DNA of 61,835 nt, from positions 1 to 61,835 of IMG/VR virus record IMGVR_UViG_3300044638_003544. One strand, 5' to 3'. Positions 9,927 through 21,261 of this stretch are shown one piece after another (positions within the stretch are counted from its first letter, which is position 1; the number at the start of each line of letters is the position of its first letter). This stretch comes from a virus (taxonomy: Duplodnaviria; Caudoviricetes). The notes under the pieces are model-generated. The model did not search any database and was not told the origin of the DNA. It saw only the letters and a program-made list of their open reading frames with translations. A program made the position numbers and the translations under genes.

Positions 9927-10377
9927 TATAGTTCACAACCACATTTTTACCTTTGTTAAAAGTTTGATCATCATCAACTAGTGTTACTGTTAATTTGCAG
10001 CCTTTTGAAGTTATTGCTCCAACAGATGCAGATGCCTTAAATGGTCTTCCACCTCTGCCAGAAGTTGTGCTTTCACTTAAAAATGATGGGGTGGCAACAA
10101 CAAGAACATTGTTGTCTGCAAAAGCTGGACTAAAAACAATATCATGTTCGTACTCTCCAGTTCCTGCTGAAGCCTGACCAGTAATTCTTTCTGCTAAGAT
10201 TTGAATTGGTCTTGTTGTAGATTTAAAAAATTGACCCTGAACATCAATTACGTCTGCAACACTTTCAGTGGCTTGATTCCCTGTGACAGAAGCACCAACT
10301 CGTGCTATCTCATCAACTAGGCTATTTAACCATTCTGTAGTTATTGGAAGACCATCCGTTAATCTACTAACGCCCAT
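9901..10377 (-). CDS. Minor virion/tail-fibre-associated protein
   Basis: F-x-x-A-F...VVAT...VNYIAIG C-terminus, typical of small fibre lectin-like domains. Confidence 0.55.
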   Translation of the reverse strand: MGVSRLTDGLPITTEWLNSLVDEIARVGASVTGNQATESVADVIDVQGQFFKSTTRPIQILAERITGQASAGTGEYEHDIVFSPAFADNNVLVVATPSFLSESTTSGRGGRPFKASASVGAITSKGCKLTVTLVDDDQTFNKGKNVVVNYIAIGKRSS

Positions 10378-10547
10378 TACTTAGAGTCCTCTTTTGATGA
10401 CTTTAATTCTGCAAGTTCTGCATCTTTTGCCTGAAGAGCTTCTGTTGCCTGTGCCTTAAGTACAGCCATTTGTGTTTCATACTGGCTTGTAATTTGACCA
10501 ATACGGTTTTGTAGTTCTTGAACTACTAGTTCTAGTGTTGTTGACAT
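10377..10547 (-). CDS. Small coiled-coil protein
   Basis: Start moved to ATG 10547 after AAGGAG; heptad-rich (LELVVQELQNRIGQITSQYE). Confidence 0.7.
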   Translation of the reverse strand: MSTTLELVVQELQNRIGQITSQYETQMAVLKAQATEALQAKDAELAELKSSKEDSK

Positions 10548-10626
10548 TATTTCTCCTTTTTGGTTGTCACCTATATTATACATTATCTTTTGGGTTTTGT
10601 CTAGTTTTTAAAACTATATTAATAAA

Positions 10627-12828
10627 TTATACTATTGTTTCAACCCATGGATTGGTAGATGAAGTGTATGTTCCAGTAGTTGCAGCTACGTCTACTCTAT
10701 TTGTTTGAGTATACTCTACAATTAGTCTTGCTGTACTTTGTGTAAAGTTTGAGATACCACCACTTTTATTAATAAAAACCCTAGAATTTGGATCAAGCAA
10801 TTTGGTGTATAACTGATCGTTTGTTCTATTAATGTTTCCAGAATCAGACCACGAATAGTAGTTAATTGCTGCATTACCAACATCCACAGTATAAGTTCCT
10901 GTTCCAGATGATTCTGTCATTCTTAGGTTTGCAGATACCAGTGTTCTATTTGATGCAAGCTTAATTCCAGAAGCAGAGAAATCTCCACGACCAGTATATT
11001 TAAACCTATATCTTTCTTGTACAAGACTTGAAACTTGTGTTATTGAACTATAACTAACACCAGCCTGAATGTTACTTACAGTTCCAGATATTCCGCTTCC
11101 AGAAACTGTAAACCAATCTCCATAATCATCTCCTCTTCGACCCCTTAATCTTCTTTCTGTTACTCTTGTATAAAAACTATCCGAAGAAGTAAGTGCGTTA
11201 TTTGTTTCTGTTCCACTTGAAATTGTTGTAGTTGAACTAGCAGATGTGCCAACAGTATAGTTAATTATATTTGTTGACTCAACTGGGCTTTGGGTCCAGA
11301 CTACTTTTGCACCACTTACTATTTTATTAGTAAGACCATATGCTAACACTTTGATATTATAGGTATTTCCTTGATTATTAACAACATTTGGTGGGGAAAA
11401 TACTCTAGATATTGTGGATCCATTTGTAAAAGACTGAGAATCAATAGTTTCATATAGGCTCCAAGTAGAAGCAGAGCTTGCCTTATAATAAATTCTATAA
11501 AAATCTACATCAGCTGATCTGTTGGTCCATCTAATATTTATTTCTGACCAGAATGCTGTGGTTCCAGCATTAGTGGAAATTGAAGCTGTAAGATTTGGTC
11601 TTGCAAGAGAAAAGAAAGCATTTGGTGAGTAAGCATATTCAACTGTGTTTGATCTTCCACTTCCTTCACCTAAAGTATTAAATGCTTCAATTTGGATTCT
11701 ATAAATAGTATTTGCTCCAGTAGAATAAGTTCTTGTATACTTTCCATCTAAAGATGTAAAAGGAGGGCTTCTGTAATTAATGCTTGGTGGATAAAATCTT
11801 ATATCTCCAGAAACAGCTCCAGTGTTTGTTAAAGATAAAGAGACGTTTCCAGTACTTGTATTTATACCAGTAATTGTTGCACCAGATCTAATTCCAGTTC
11901 CTGCAACTCCCCATCCAACAGAAAATCCAGAAGTTACAAGAGTGCTTTCCTGATTAAATATTCTTATTATGTTGCTACCAGAAGTTCCAGTAACCCCATA
12001 TTGATAAGGAGACCCACCATCATCATAGAACCTATAAGAAGACGTATCATATCTAGGCGTTGGAGTCCATTGTAAAGTTACAGACCCACTTGTTGGACTA
12101 GCTGAAAACTTTGACAAATCAGTTATGGGCTCTGGTGCTGCCGTTTCAGTGGTTAAGGAAATAAAGCTTGACTTATCCCCTACTACTGGAGCACCATCTA
12201 CAGTTTCAATAGGTACTAAATAAAATACATAGTTTCTTTCTCTTATTGTTGAGTAAGTGTAACTATTGTTTTTTTGATAAATCATATTTGTTCCTGGAGT
12301 TGTTATTGAAAATCCAGTCCAAGGTTCTGCTAAGGTTAGCTGAGTATTGCTTTGAATACTAGAAACCATTCCAATTTCAGTTAATACCGTATCTATGACG
12401 CTATAAAGAATATTATTTCTTACCAAGGTTGTTGTAAATGTTGTTCCAACCCCAGTAACAGTTCTTGATCCTTGAGTTAAAAGTAGTTTTTGAGTAGTTG
12501 TTATTATGTTTGCAGATACGTCTATGTCAGCTTGTCTAACAAAAGAAGTTGTCAGGTTTCCCAGAGGCTTTACTGAAACCCAAAATTGATAAGAGCTTAC
12601 ATTTGGTGCTGCGTTCCAAGTAAAAGTAATGTTATCGTTTGTATGAGTTTCTCGAAAATTTATAACGTTTGACCTTAATCTACTATAAAATAATTCCCAA
12701 GATCCATCGACTTTTACATATCCTGTTGAAACTGGTTGCCAATATTTATTAACTTTTACATTGGCTTCTGTTATATTTTGCCAATCACGAGCCCCATTAT
12801 TTTTACTTGCTCTTACTTCAAAAGCCAT
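10627..12828 (-). CDS. Tail fibre/receptor-binding protein with fibronectin type III-like repeats
   Basis: N-terminal W..V..GYVKVDGSW motif; ITFTWNA, VTLQWTP, YRIQIEAFN, YNIKVLAY; S/T/G-rich. Confidence 0.7.
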   Translation of the reverse strand: MAFEVRASKNNGARDWQNITEANVKVNKYWQPVSTGYVKVDGSWELFYSRLRSNVINFRETHTNDNITFTWNAAPNVSSYQFWVSVKPLGNLTTSFVRQADIDVSANIITTTQKLLLTQGSRTVTGVGTTFTTTLVRNNILYSVIDTVLTEIGMVSSIQSNTQLTLAEPWTGFSITTPGTNMIYQKNNSYTYSTIRERNYVFYLVPIETVDGAPVVGDKSSFISLTTETAAPEPITDLSKFSASPTSGSVTLQWTPTPRYDTSSYRFYDDGGSPYQYGVTGTSGSNIIRIFNQESTLVTSGFSVGWGVAGTGIRSGATITGINTSTGNVSLSLTNTGAVSGDIRFYPPSINYRSPPFTSLDGKYTRTYSTGANTIYRIQIEAFNTLGEGSGRSNTVEYAYSPNAFFSLARPNLTASISTNAGTTAFWSEINIRWTNRSADVDFYRIYYKASSASTWSLYETIDSQSFTNGSTISRVFSPPNVVNNQGNTYNIKVLAYGLTNKIVSGAKVVWTQSPVESTNIINYTVGTSASSTTTISSGTETNNALTSSDSFYTRVTERRLRGRRGDDYGDWFTVSGSGISGTVSNIQAGVSYSSITQVSSLVQERYRFKYTGRGDFSASGIKLASNRTLVSANLRMTESSGTGTYTVDVGNAAINYYSWSDSGNINRTNDQLYTKLLDPNSRVFINKSGGISNFTQSTARLIVEYTQTNRVDVAATTGTYTSSTNPWVETIV

Positions 12829-13187
12829 TATAGGAAAGTTAACCAGATATCGCCTTCATCGCCTACTGTATTTTGAGGGGATGACTGCGAAATGGTTATT
12901 CTTCTATAGGCAGATGGAAGAGTTATTGTGGATATATTTAATCTATCAGTTGCAGATGGGGCATCTATTTCTAACCAAGTTGGTTTTTTCCAGATAACTC
13001 CCTCTCCATCGTTGCTTAGGTAATAGGAATCTTTGTTTTCAAAATCCAAACTTGTAAGTGTTCCATCCGAAGAGTTTATTATTACTCCATCTTTGATGAA
13101 ATCTGATACAGAAAGCCCTCTTTTTGAAACCAAATATGAAGCCTTTAATGGTGTATTAAAGTTATGTAAAACTTTATCTGCAGACAC
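12828..13187 (-). CDS. Small tail-fibre-associated protein
   Basis: C-terminal ITISQSSP...GDEGDIW motif common in fibre proteins. Confidence 0.55.
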   Translation of the reverse strand: MSADKVLHNFNTPLKASYLVSKRGLSVSDFIKDGVIINSSDGTLTSLDFENKDSYYLSNDGEGVIWKKPTWLEIDAPSATDRLNISTITLPSAYRRITISQSSPQNTVGDEGDIWLTFL

Positions 13188-13196
13188 TTTATCCTC

Positions 13197-16100
13197 CTAT
13201 GATTGAGCTTCTGACCAAGAAGCAAGTGCAACAACTCTTGAAGTAGTGGTTGAAAGGTTTCTTGCAGTAATTGTCAAAATATCTGGACCATTTGGGAATC
13301 CAGGGGTTTTTGAATTTCCATCGCCACTCAAAATTGAAGTTCCAAGTTCTCTGATGTCAGCTAGATCAAATCTTGTTACAGTGTCAGAGTTTGCTGTTGT
13401 TCCACCTGGGAAATCTGTATAGAATGAAAATATAACATCTCCACCCTGTATTAGTCCAGTAGCAGTAATATTTTCAGTTGAAGAAGTATTGTCAGTTCCA
13501 TCATGGTAGTATACCTGAGACAATGATCCAGAGCCGACTGATGTTTGCTCCCAAAGAGAAACATTAGTAGGGAAAGCAGTTCCACCATGAGTAATTCTGT
13601 CAGGATTTAAAACTCCTTCTATTAAGAAGGGACCAGTTCCAAGAATTTCTATAGATTCTGGCAAAAGTTGCATTGTGTTTACAACATCTCTTTTTCCAAA
13701 ATTTCTACCGATTCCGCTATCTACTGAAGGAGCAATTCTAAGACTAATAAGTGGTCTAGTGGCTCCAGATCCAATTTCAAGCCTTCTTTTCATTCTTGCA
13801 CTAAACTTAACACCACGATCTGAGTCATAGCCACCATCCATTATTACAGATGATCCCCAGTGACTTAAGGATGGAGCACAAGTTTGAGTTATTACTCTAA
13901 CAGAAATTTGCTCTGCATTGTTAAATACTAGCTCAATTCCAGATATTGGGGCTCCAGAAGTATTAAAGTTTTGAGCAGATCCACCAAGCGTAGAGGAAAG
14001 ACTAAAGGTTTTTGCTGTAGAGTCAAAAGATACAACATAGTATGGGATAGATGTGTTTAGTGTAACACCAGAAGGGACTGTTAATATATCTACCCTAGAA
14101 CCAACCGCAATTAAACTGTCCCAACTTGCACCAGAAGGAAAACTAAAAACTGTTGCTGTTGGTGCAGTTTGACTTGCAACTGTTATTCCAGTCTGTTCTT
14201 TATACAGTGCTCCTGGAACAGAAGAGTCTGGGAAAAATGATTGGGCAGATCCTGATCCAGAAGAAAGCCTTGTAACTTGAGTTACCTTAAATTCTTGATT
14301 AAGGTATGGCTGAGGCACATTATTTAAGATAATTTTACTTAGGGGAGGATTTGCTGTTAGTTCTATAGAGGTTCCAGTTACTGTTGCTCCAAAAGCTCCA
14401 AGAATTGTGCCAAGCTTAGTTCCATCTGCTAAATATATAATATCTCCAGCGGTAAAAGATTGGGAAGTGCTAAATGTTAGAAAAGAGCTGCCAGATGCTG
14501 TACTAACTGTACCAACTCCATCGTAACTTCCAGTAACAATTGATTGAGTAGCATTTCTAATAAGAGAAATAGGATACCCTCCAACAGTAGAGTTAAAAGA
14601 TCCAACAGCAGTATATTGCATCATTTCTGATGCTGGATTTGCTCCATTTCTTTCAACTAATAGATAACCAATTGGATCTCCAGAAACTCCCGTTGGGGCA
14701 ACGGTTCTCCATCCAGTAACGTCTTGCACATAAAGAACTTGATCTCCTGCTTCAAGTCTTAGACCAGAAACATCTGATGTTGATGGTATTGTATTTGGAC
14801 TAGTTGTACCAGCAATTAATTTTGTTCTTGGGGCAAAATGACTAATTTCATATCTTGCAGGAAGATTTCCTGAACGCATGTATGATTGTGTGTTTAAGTT
14901 GTTGTTTGGTATTCTGTGAAAATATAAAATATCTCCATTAATCATTCTCATTCCGTAGCGAATAAATCCAGAACCGTACCAAGTGTAATCAATGTAGATC
15001 ATTTGCATTTTTGTAGGGTCAAGTATGTATCCAGAAGGACCAGTTGAATCTAGCTTATCTAGATTAAATTGATCTTGAGGAGTTCTTACTGTTTGAACCT
15101 TGTACGCTTTTGCACCAGTTGCAGCAATTCCACGATATGCTGGTGAAACCTTAAGGTTGGTGTTTGAGTCAATATATAGGACCCTATACACCTGCCCCTT
15201 AATTACAATATTGTCTCCAACTACCAGTTGCTTTAAAAATCTAGTATCTTGTCCAATAACAATATTTGATTTGTTTGTTACAGAAACTGTTCCATAAAGC
15301 GGTTTATTTGAAGATCTTTTACAAGCCCAAAGCTTTTCTCCATCATACTCTACAAAAACACCATTCATTTCATTAAACATTCCAACTCTTGTTGCTGCTC
15401 CTGCCCATTTTTTAACAGTAACAACAGAGTTTTCTCCAGAAGGGTTTATGTTTGTTGAAAAATTAAATCCTGGGGTAATAGTCGTTTTATAAGTAAATGT
15501 GTTTTGATTGATTACATCTTGAACCAAGAATTCTCCATTAAATGGGTTATAGTCTCCACCAACAACCTCTATTCCTTCAATTTTAACGACTGCCCCATAT
15601 TGAAGACCATGATCCTGAACCGTTTCTACAACTATTGTTGCATTTCCAGTTATAACATCTGATTCAATGTTTTGAATATCATAGCTTGGAGTTAATTTTG
15701 TTCCAGTTGAAAACTGTAGACCTTTTCCAGATTGATATCTAAATGTTTTTCTAGTTTGTCTAATTTGCTGTAATCCTACAACGTTGTTTACTGTACTAAT
15801 TTGTACTCCACCATTTGCAGGAGTATGTTGAATAAAAGAATCTGGCTTACACACAATAAGAGATCCAGAGTTTACTGCACCCGTTGACGTAAAACTAGTA
15901 CCAATAGTAATTGGAGATTTTACAACTAAGTCAAATGGGTTTGGAACAGACTCTACTATATAAGATCCATTTACCAAAGAAGCTGAAACACCTGTAGCAC
16001 CAGTAGCTGACCCATTGATTGTTGATACTCCATTAATTAAAATTGGTGTTCCTGGGATTAACCCATGCGGTTGAGAAAAACCAATTGTCATGTTGCCACC

Positions 16101-17135
16101 AGTGAATACAGAGTCTATGTCAAAAGAGTCATATGATCCAAACACGCCTCCAGGAATGTGTGCGTTGTCAAAAGTTCCTCCTCCACTAATAGAGGTTAGC
16201 GTTCCGTCTAAGATTGAACCACTGGGAACTCGTGCTTTTGATTGATAAGAAAACATTTTGGACACATCAAGAACCATTCCCGTTCCTGCTGTAGTAAAGG
16301 CTGCAGCGGATCCTCCAATTGAATCTGTTATAGTTATTACGTTTGTGCTAAAAGTTCTAACGTAATAAAGAGTATCTACTGCAACTGCTGTTGAACCAAT
16401 GGTGCCAACCGCTCCGCCTAAGCTACTAAAGTATATTGGTTGATTAATAACAAGACCATGATTGTTTAAAGTTAGGTTTCCACCAGGTGCAGTTACAGCA
16501 AACGTCATTGCAGATGGCACTGTTATTGCAAAAGTTCCCTCTGCATTGTTATTTGTCGTTTCTTGAACACTAACTATGTCGCTTGTTACAAGACCGTGTG
16601 GAGATTGAGTGGCAACGTTTATTGCAGATTTAGATCTTGGGCTTGTGCTTGCACTGTAAGAAACAATATCTCCTATTGCTAAAGCACTCCCACTACTTCC
16701 CTTTGAAAAGAAAGAAGCATAATTATTTACTAAAGATAAAGCTTCCCATTTGCTTGGTTGGGTTCCATATTCAAAATCGGTATCAATCATTGAAAAAGGA
16801 TGAGCCACTCTCATCTTTCCAACTGAATCCACAACATTATCTGAAGGGGTAAACTTTTCATCATACTCGTCATACATGATCTGAAGTTTATCTGTGGAAG
16901 CCATATTTCCACAGTAATAATTTAAGACTAGGGTTGTTTTTGAGTCAACTGAGGAACCTGCAACTTCATAAGAGACTGCATTTAGGTCTGGATCGGAGAA
17001 ATTATAAATTACCTGATTGGTAGTTACGTTTGTAATAAGAAGAAGATTCTCTCTTTGAATTACCCTTGGAATAACTATAGTGTTTTCTGCTGGCGTAAAA
17101 ACATAGTATGTTTCTAGTAAAACCTTCTTTGCCAT
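13197..17135 (-). CDS. Large virion structural protein with repeated HGL..GD (FCCH-like) beta domains
   Basis: 1312 aa; LLLITNVT..VIYNF N-terminus, DTDFEYG.QP.KWE, FRYQSGKG, YTWYGSG; four or more HGL repeats. Confidence 0.7.
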   Translation of the reverse strand: MAKKVLLETYYVFTPAENTIVIPRVIQRENLLLITNVTTNQVIYNFSDPDLNAVSYEVAGSSVDSKTTLVLNYYCGNMASTDKLQIMYDEYDEKFTPSDNVVDSVGKMRVAHPFSMIDTDFEYGTQPSKWEALSLVNNYASFFSKGSSGSALAIGDIVSYSASTSPRSKSAINVATQSPHGLVTSDIVSVQETTNNNAEGTFAITVPSAMTFAVTAPGGNLTLNNHGLVINQPIYFSSLGGAVGTIGSTAVAVDTLYYVRTFSTNVITITDSIGGSAAAFTTAGTGMVLDVSKMFSYQSKARVPSGSILDGTLTSISGGGTFDNAHIPGGVFGSYDSFDIDSVFTGGNMTIGFSQPHGLIPGTPILINGVSTINGSATGATGVSASLVNGSYIVESVPNPFDLVVKSPITIGTSFTSTGAVNSGSLIVCKPDSFIQHTPANGGVQISTVNNVVGLQQIRQTRKTFRYQSGKGLQFSTGTKLTPSYDIQNIESDVITGNATIVVETVQDHGLQYGAVVKIEGIEVVGGDYNPFNGEFLVQDVINQNTFTYKTTITPGFNFSTNINPSGENSVVTVKKWAGAATRVGMFNEMNGVFVEYDGEKLWACKRSSNKPLYGTVSVTNKSNIVIGQDTRFLKQLVVGDNIVIKGQVYRVLYIDSNTNLKVSPAYRGIAATGAKAYKVQTVRTPQDQFNLDKLDSTGPSGYILDPTKMQMIYIDYTWYGSGFIRYGMRMINGDILYFHRIPNNNLNTQSYMRSGNLPARYEISHFAPRTKLIAGTTSPNTIPSTSDVSGLRLEAGDQVLYVQDVTGWRTVAPTGVSGDPIGYLLVERNGANPASEMMQYTAVGSFNSTVGGYPISLIRNATQSIVTGSYDGVGTVSTASGSSFLTFSTSQSFTAGDIIYLADGTKLGTILGAFGATVTGTSIELTANPPLSKIILNNVPQPYLNQEFKVTQVTRLSSGSGSAQSFFPDSSVPGALYKEQTGITVASQTAPTATVFSFPSGASWDSLIAVGSRVDILTVPSGVTLNTSIPYYVVSFDSTAKTFSLSSTLGGSAQNFNTSGAPISGIELVFNNAEQISVRVITQTCAPSLSHWGSSVIMDGGYDSDRGVKFSARMKRRLEIGSGATRPLISLRIAPSVDSGIGRNFGKRDVVNTMQLLPESIEILGTGPFLIEGVLNPDRITHGGTAFPTNVSLWEQTSVGSGSLSQVYYHDGTDNTSSTENITATGLIQGGDVIFSFYTDFPGGTTANSDTVTRFDLADIRELGTSILSGDGNSKTPGFPNGPDILTITARNLSTTTSRVVALASWSEAQS

Positions 17136-17149
17136 TTATATTTCTCCTT

Positions 17150-20100
17150 TTATCCTAAAGCAACATCTACCGCTTTAAACGGATAGATCCTACTTGTCTT
17201 ATTTTTATTTGGTCCTGGAAGAACTTTAACGTTAATAGTAGATCCAGATGGTGGTGACTCTGAAAACTTTAACTTTCCATCGCCATCAATCGTAAATCCT
17301 TTGTAGGATAGAAAACCTGTCTGCCAAACATATTCCCTATTTTGAATAAATGCTGATTGCATTACTCCATTTAAGGATACGGATAGCCTCATTGGGTTAT
17401 CTAGAACGATTTTTTTCTGATTATATCTAGGCAAAAAGGTATTGTTTCTGCCATCAAAATTACCAGAGAAGTCATCCAGTTCAATTATATCATAATAAAA
17501 TCCAGTTACAGAGCCAGTTACTTCAAGATTTTTAATCTTTACGTTTTCACCAAATTGATCTATTTGGAAGGGAGCATCATCTGGTTTGCTAGATCCAACA
17601 GTAAAACTATAGCTTTTATCGGACTCTTTAGTATTCATGGATGGGGAGGAGGATGCTGTGCTTCCAGATCCAACAGAAGTTGAGATTAGGTTTGTAAGAT
17701 TTTTTCTATACTTTATAGTATTGGTGGAAACTTCTGTAATGATTGCAGAATCTGTAAATGGAAGGTCCCCAGGAATATTAAGATTGTAAGCATTTAAGGA
17801 TCCTTTTACTATTTCTTTTATACCAAACAAGCTAACGCTTACTGTTTGTCCAACATCAAGACGGTGGGCAGATGATGTTTGAAGTGTAACTTCTCCAGAT
17901 TCAATCTTTATACTTGTAACTGAAATAGAAGGAAACTGTACATCATTAGCATCCCCCAAATATCCATCAGTATATACTAAAACATACTTTCCAAAAGTAT
18001 CCTGTCCCACCTTAATTACTGGAAGATAAGATCCGTTTAGTGCAGTTACTTCGTCATAGTATCTTGAAATATTTGAAACAAAAATTACATCTCCTGGAAC
18101 ATACTTATCTGCATCTAAAGCATAAATATAACTATTATAGGCTTCATCTCCATTAGCTAAAATAGTTTTAACAGTTTTAATTCTAGCAACATCTGATTCT
18201 TTTTTATAGCTTGAAACATCTGATATAGAGAGGAATAAAGACTTTGACAAATATTCTTTTGGAGTTTTATCTACATTCCAAACTGGTGGAACGGATTTTG
18301 TAGTAATTATTCTAGAATCACTAGAGTTTACAACAACTGGTATATTTGTTGCATGATAGTCTTTGTTATATTCTTCATCTAGTGGACCCTCAAGGCTTAG
18401 GTTTGCATTTCCAGAGTTATCTACTGGAAGTTTTTCAAAAACTGTAAACTGGGAAGTAATTGTTGTATTTACATAAAAAGCTCCAAAGCGAATATTGTCA
18501 TAAAATTTTGGTGGGCTATTTTTTAGTTTAATTAGATTTGGAGTGACAATTTCTTCTACTATTCCAATAAAATCTCCACGAACCTCAACATTGTTGACCA
18601 ACAGTGTTTCATACAATTGATACCCAACTTTAATTTCTGCAAGACTACTATTGCTTATACTTGCAAAAACGCCTCTTGGGTTTCCAAAAAGATATGCAGA
18701 TCCTGACACTTGGTTAACTTTAATAATTGTCTTTCCGTCAACAACTTCTGTTTCTTGCTCAAAATCTATTACTGGTATGGAATAAAAGCCTGACTTTAGA
18801 TAAGATGTTGACCCATATGTTCCAGAAAATATATCACCAGATCCAATTACCCATCCAAACTCATTGCCACCAAGTTGAGCAGAGTTTGCATAAACATCAG
18901 TACCTCTAATTTGACTTGCAGATATGTCTCCAGTTATATTTAGTAAGCTAATATCTGGATTCCAAGTTACAGTAGAATCAACGCTTCCTATTTTAAAATG
19001 TCCATCGTCATACCAGTAGTTATATGGGTTTATGTAAACTCCGTCATTTCCCTCTTGATTAGAAAGTTTTCCAGTTGTTACAGTAAAAGGACCTGCATCT
19101 GGAGTTACAAAGTCGTGTCCAACCTGATCTGAGTCAACATAGGAAACTATAAATGTTCCATTTAAATTCATATAACCAGTTTCAGTAAACTCAAGATCCG
19201 AAACTGTTATTGTATCTCCAACTGTAAAAATTGAAAGCTCTGACGGTGCACTAGTTTTAAATAAGATTTTGTTGTTTAATATTTCAACTTCAGATATTGT
19301 GTACTCACTATCATTGCTAACAGAAGAACCTATTTTCATTTCTCCATTATTTATAGTTAAGCTTCCACTAAAGTTTCCAGACGTTGCTTCAATTTCTCCA
19401 CGAACAGCAACATTATTAAAAATTGCATTTCCAGCAGCTGTTAAAAGCCATCCATCTGATCCAAGGATTTTATTTTCCCAACCCTCATGAATAACATTTA
19501 ATCTATTTACTGGATATCCCTCAAAAAGAATTGGTTCAATTGTATAGGTTTGCTCAACACCGTCATCATCTAAATATTTAACATAAACATCTGATAGAAA
19601 AGAGGTAACTAGCTCTACATAGACTTCTTCATCAGTTAGGTCTGCTGTTCCTGTCTGCGTTCCAGCTACAGTAAAAGTTGTTGAAGTGGCAGAAATAATT
19701 AATTTTTTTTCAAAACTGTATCCAGCTGGAAGAATACCAGAAACTCTAACCTGTTGGTCAGCTTGGAAAGAATTATTGGCGGTATAGGTTACAGTTGTTC
19801 CGTTTCCAGAAACTGCAGTTATTGTAGATCTTCTCTTTCCTTGGGGAGATAAAGTATCATCAAAAAAATCTAAAGACGGATCTGTAAAAACTCTGGTTAT
19901 TTGATAATTAGAAGCAGAGGTGCTAACATCAATTTCACCTGAGTCCAGTATTACTATATAGTCTCCAGGACCAAAGTTAAAATTTCTATTTGCTCTATCC
20001 CAGATAACAATATTTTTTGGAGCAGAAGGTACGGATCCATTAAAAGACCAAGATGAAAAACTTTTATCGATTACTCTAAAAGAGCTTGCTTCTTGATCTA

Positions 20101-20164
20101 GGTATCCAGATAGATTTGAAAGATTTGTATTTACTCTTACGTCTGTATAGCTTAACTCTGTCAT
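17150..20164 (-). CDS. Minor tail/fibre protein
   Basis: 1004 aa; GNAIFNNVAVRGEIEATSG fibre motif, FCCH-like repeats, C-terminal LDDFS..FDG...VSLNGVMQ domain. Confidence 0.65.
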   Translation of the reverse strand: MTELSYTDVRVNTNLSNLSGYLDQEASSFRVIDKSFSSWSFNGSVPSAPKNIVIWDRANRNFNFGPGDYIVILDSGEIDVSTSASNYQITRVFTDPSLDFFDDTLSPQGKRRSTITAVSGNGTTVTYTANNSFQADQQVRVSGILPAGYSFEKKLIISATSTTFTVAGTQTGTADLTDEEVYVELVTSFLSDVYVKYLDDDGVEQTYTIEPILFEGYPVNRLNVIHEGWENKILGSDGWLLTAAGNAIFNNVAVRGEIEATSGNFSGSLTINNGEMKIGSSVSNDSEYTISEVEILNNKILFKTSAPSELSIFTVGDTITVSDLEFTETGYMNLNGTFIVSYVDSDQVGHDFVTPDAGPFTVTTGKLSNQEGNDGVYINPYNYWYDDGHFKIGSVDSTVTWNPDISLLNITGDISASQIRGTDVYANSAQLGGNEFGWVIGSGDIFSGTYGSTSYLKSGFYSIPVIDFEQETEVVDGKTIIKVNQVSGSAYLFGNPRGVFASISNSSLAEIKVGYQLYETLLVNNVEVRGDFIGIVEEIVTPNLIKLKNSPPKFYDNIRFGAFYVNTTITSQFTVFEKLPVDNSGNANLSLEGPLDEEYNKDYHATNIPVVVNSSDSRIITTKSVPPVWNVDKTPKEYLSKSLFLSISDVSSYKKESDVARIKTVKTILANGDEAYNSYIYALDADKYVPGDVIFVSNISRYYDEVTALNGSYLPVIKVGQDTFGKYVLVYTDGYLGDANDVQFPSISVTSIKIESGEVTLQTSSAHRLDVGQTVSVSLFGIKEIVKGSLNAYNLNIPGDLPFTDSAIITEVSTNTIKYRKNLTNLISTSVGSGSTASSSPSMNTKESDKSYSFTVGSSKPDDAPFQIDQFGENVKIKNLEVTGSVTGFYYDIIELDDFSGNFDGRNNTFLPRYNQKKIVLDNPMRLSVSLNGVMQSAFIQNREYVWQTGFLSYKGFTIDGDGKLKFSESPPSGSTINVKVLPGPNKNKTSRIYPFKAVDVALG

Positions 20165-20166
20165 AT

Positions 20167-21261
20167 TTACAATACCGCCGATTTAGAATAGATTACTCTT
20201 GACATGCTTGGTCCAACTGAATCGTATGTGTCAGCAACTTGTTGCCACTCACCAACCCAAGAGGATCCACTTTTTGTATAGGTTGCAATTGTAAATCTAT
20301 AGTCTCTAACGTCTGTACCAACATCTAAGTTTGTTTGACTCATTGGTATTGTTGATGGCATTGCTGAAGCTGGTATAGCTCTTGGTGTTGTTCCCATTAC
20401 CGTATTGTCATCTACGTTATAAAACACTCCACCCTTTATATAAAAGAAAACTGGAATATGCTTTATGTTGTCAGAATTTTGTAAAACATTTGGAGCTTGA
20501 AGCTCTTCTGGCACAGATACCGTAATGTTTACCTTTGTTTCTTGCTTATCGTCTGGGATCCAACCATATTGATCTGCCGTTCTACCTGATGATCCAGGAA
20601 TTGTCCAAGAAAGAGTTATTGTTTTGTTTTTTGTTTCAGGGTCAAATCCCTTACCATTGAACTTAGAATTATCCCAGTGATCAGTATTTTTATAAGTTAC
20701 CTTTTTGCCATTTGGTAAAGTAACCGTTTTGGCTGCATTCCATGGAGCTTTTCCCCAACCAACATGAGTCCCAAGACCATTTTTCTTTTTTGTTGGGTTG
20801 GGGCTTCCTTTTGCATTAAGAAGATTTTGACTTTTTTTACCTGCCGTATAATCTAGCCAATCATAATAGAATGGCTCAGTATTAACTTTTGTTGTAATTC
20901 TTTCTGAGGCTCCTAATATTTCAAAAACTTGATCTTTTGGAGGAAATGGTTGACCAGCAACAATTCTAAAAACATAATCAAATGACTCTGCAATTATCAT
21001 TTGATCAGCTATTGAAGTAACATTTTTTGGTTTTATTTCCCAGTTGCTTCCTGTAACAGTAATGCCCCATTTAAATCCAGGAACTGTATAAGTTTTAACA
21101 TCTCTTTTATATTTTGGAGTATATGTAGAAATCAATCTTGGGGAAGAAGGAACAGTAAATTCAATTGAAGGACCAACCACAGATTCAGTTGTTGTTTCAA
21201 CAATCATTCTGTATCTTTTTCCTGGAACAAGACCAGGAACTCGTACTTCTACGTTTGGCAT
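20167..21261 (-). CDS. Minor tail protein
   Basis: Within the tail operon; FN3-like N-terminus (GLVPGKRY). Confidence 0.55.
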   Translation of the reverse strand: MPNVEVRVPGLVPGKRYRMIVETTTESVVGPSIEFTVPSSPRLISTYTPKYKRDVKTYTVPGFKWGITVTGSNWEIKPKNVTSIADQMIIAESFDYVFRIVAGQPFPPKDQVFEILGASERITTKVNTEPFYYDWLDYTAGKKSQNLLNAKGSPNPTKKKNGLGTHVGWGKAPWNAAKTVTLPNGKKVTYKNTDHWDNSKFNGKGFDPETKNKTITLSWTIPGSSGRTADQYGWIPDDKQETKVNITVSVPEELQAPNVLQNSDNIKHIPVFFYIKGGVFYNVDDNTVMGTTPRAIPASAMPSTIPMSQTNLDVGTDVRDYRFTIATYTKSGSSWVGEWQQVADTYDSVGPSMSRVIYSKSAVL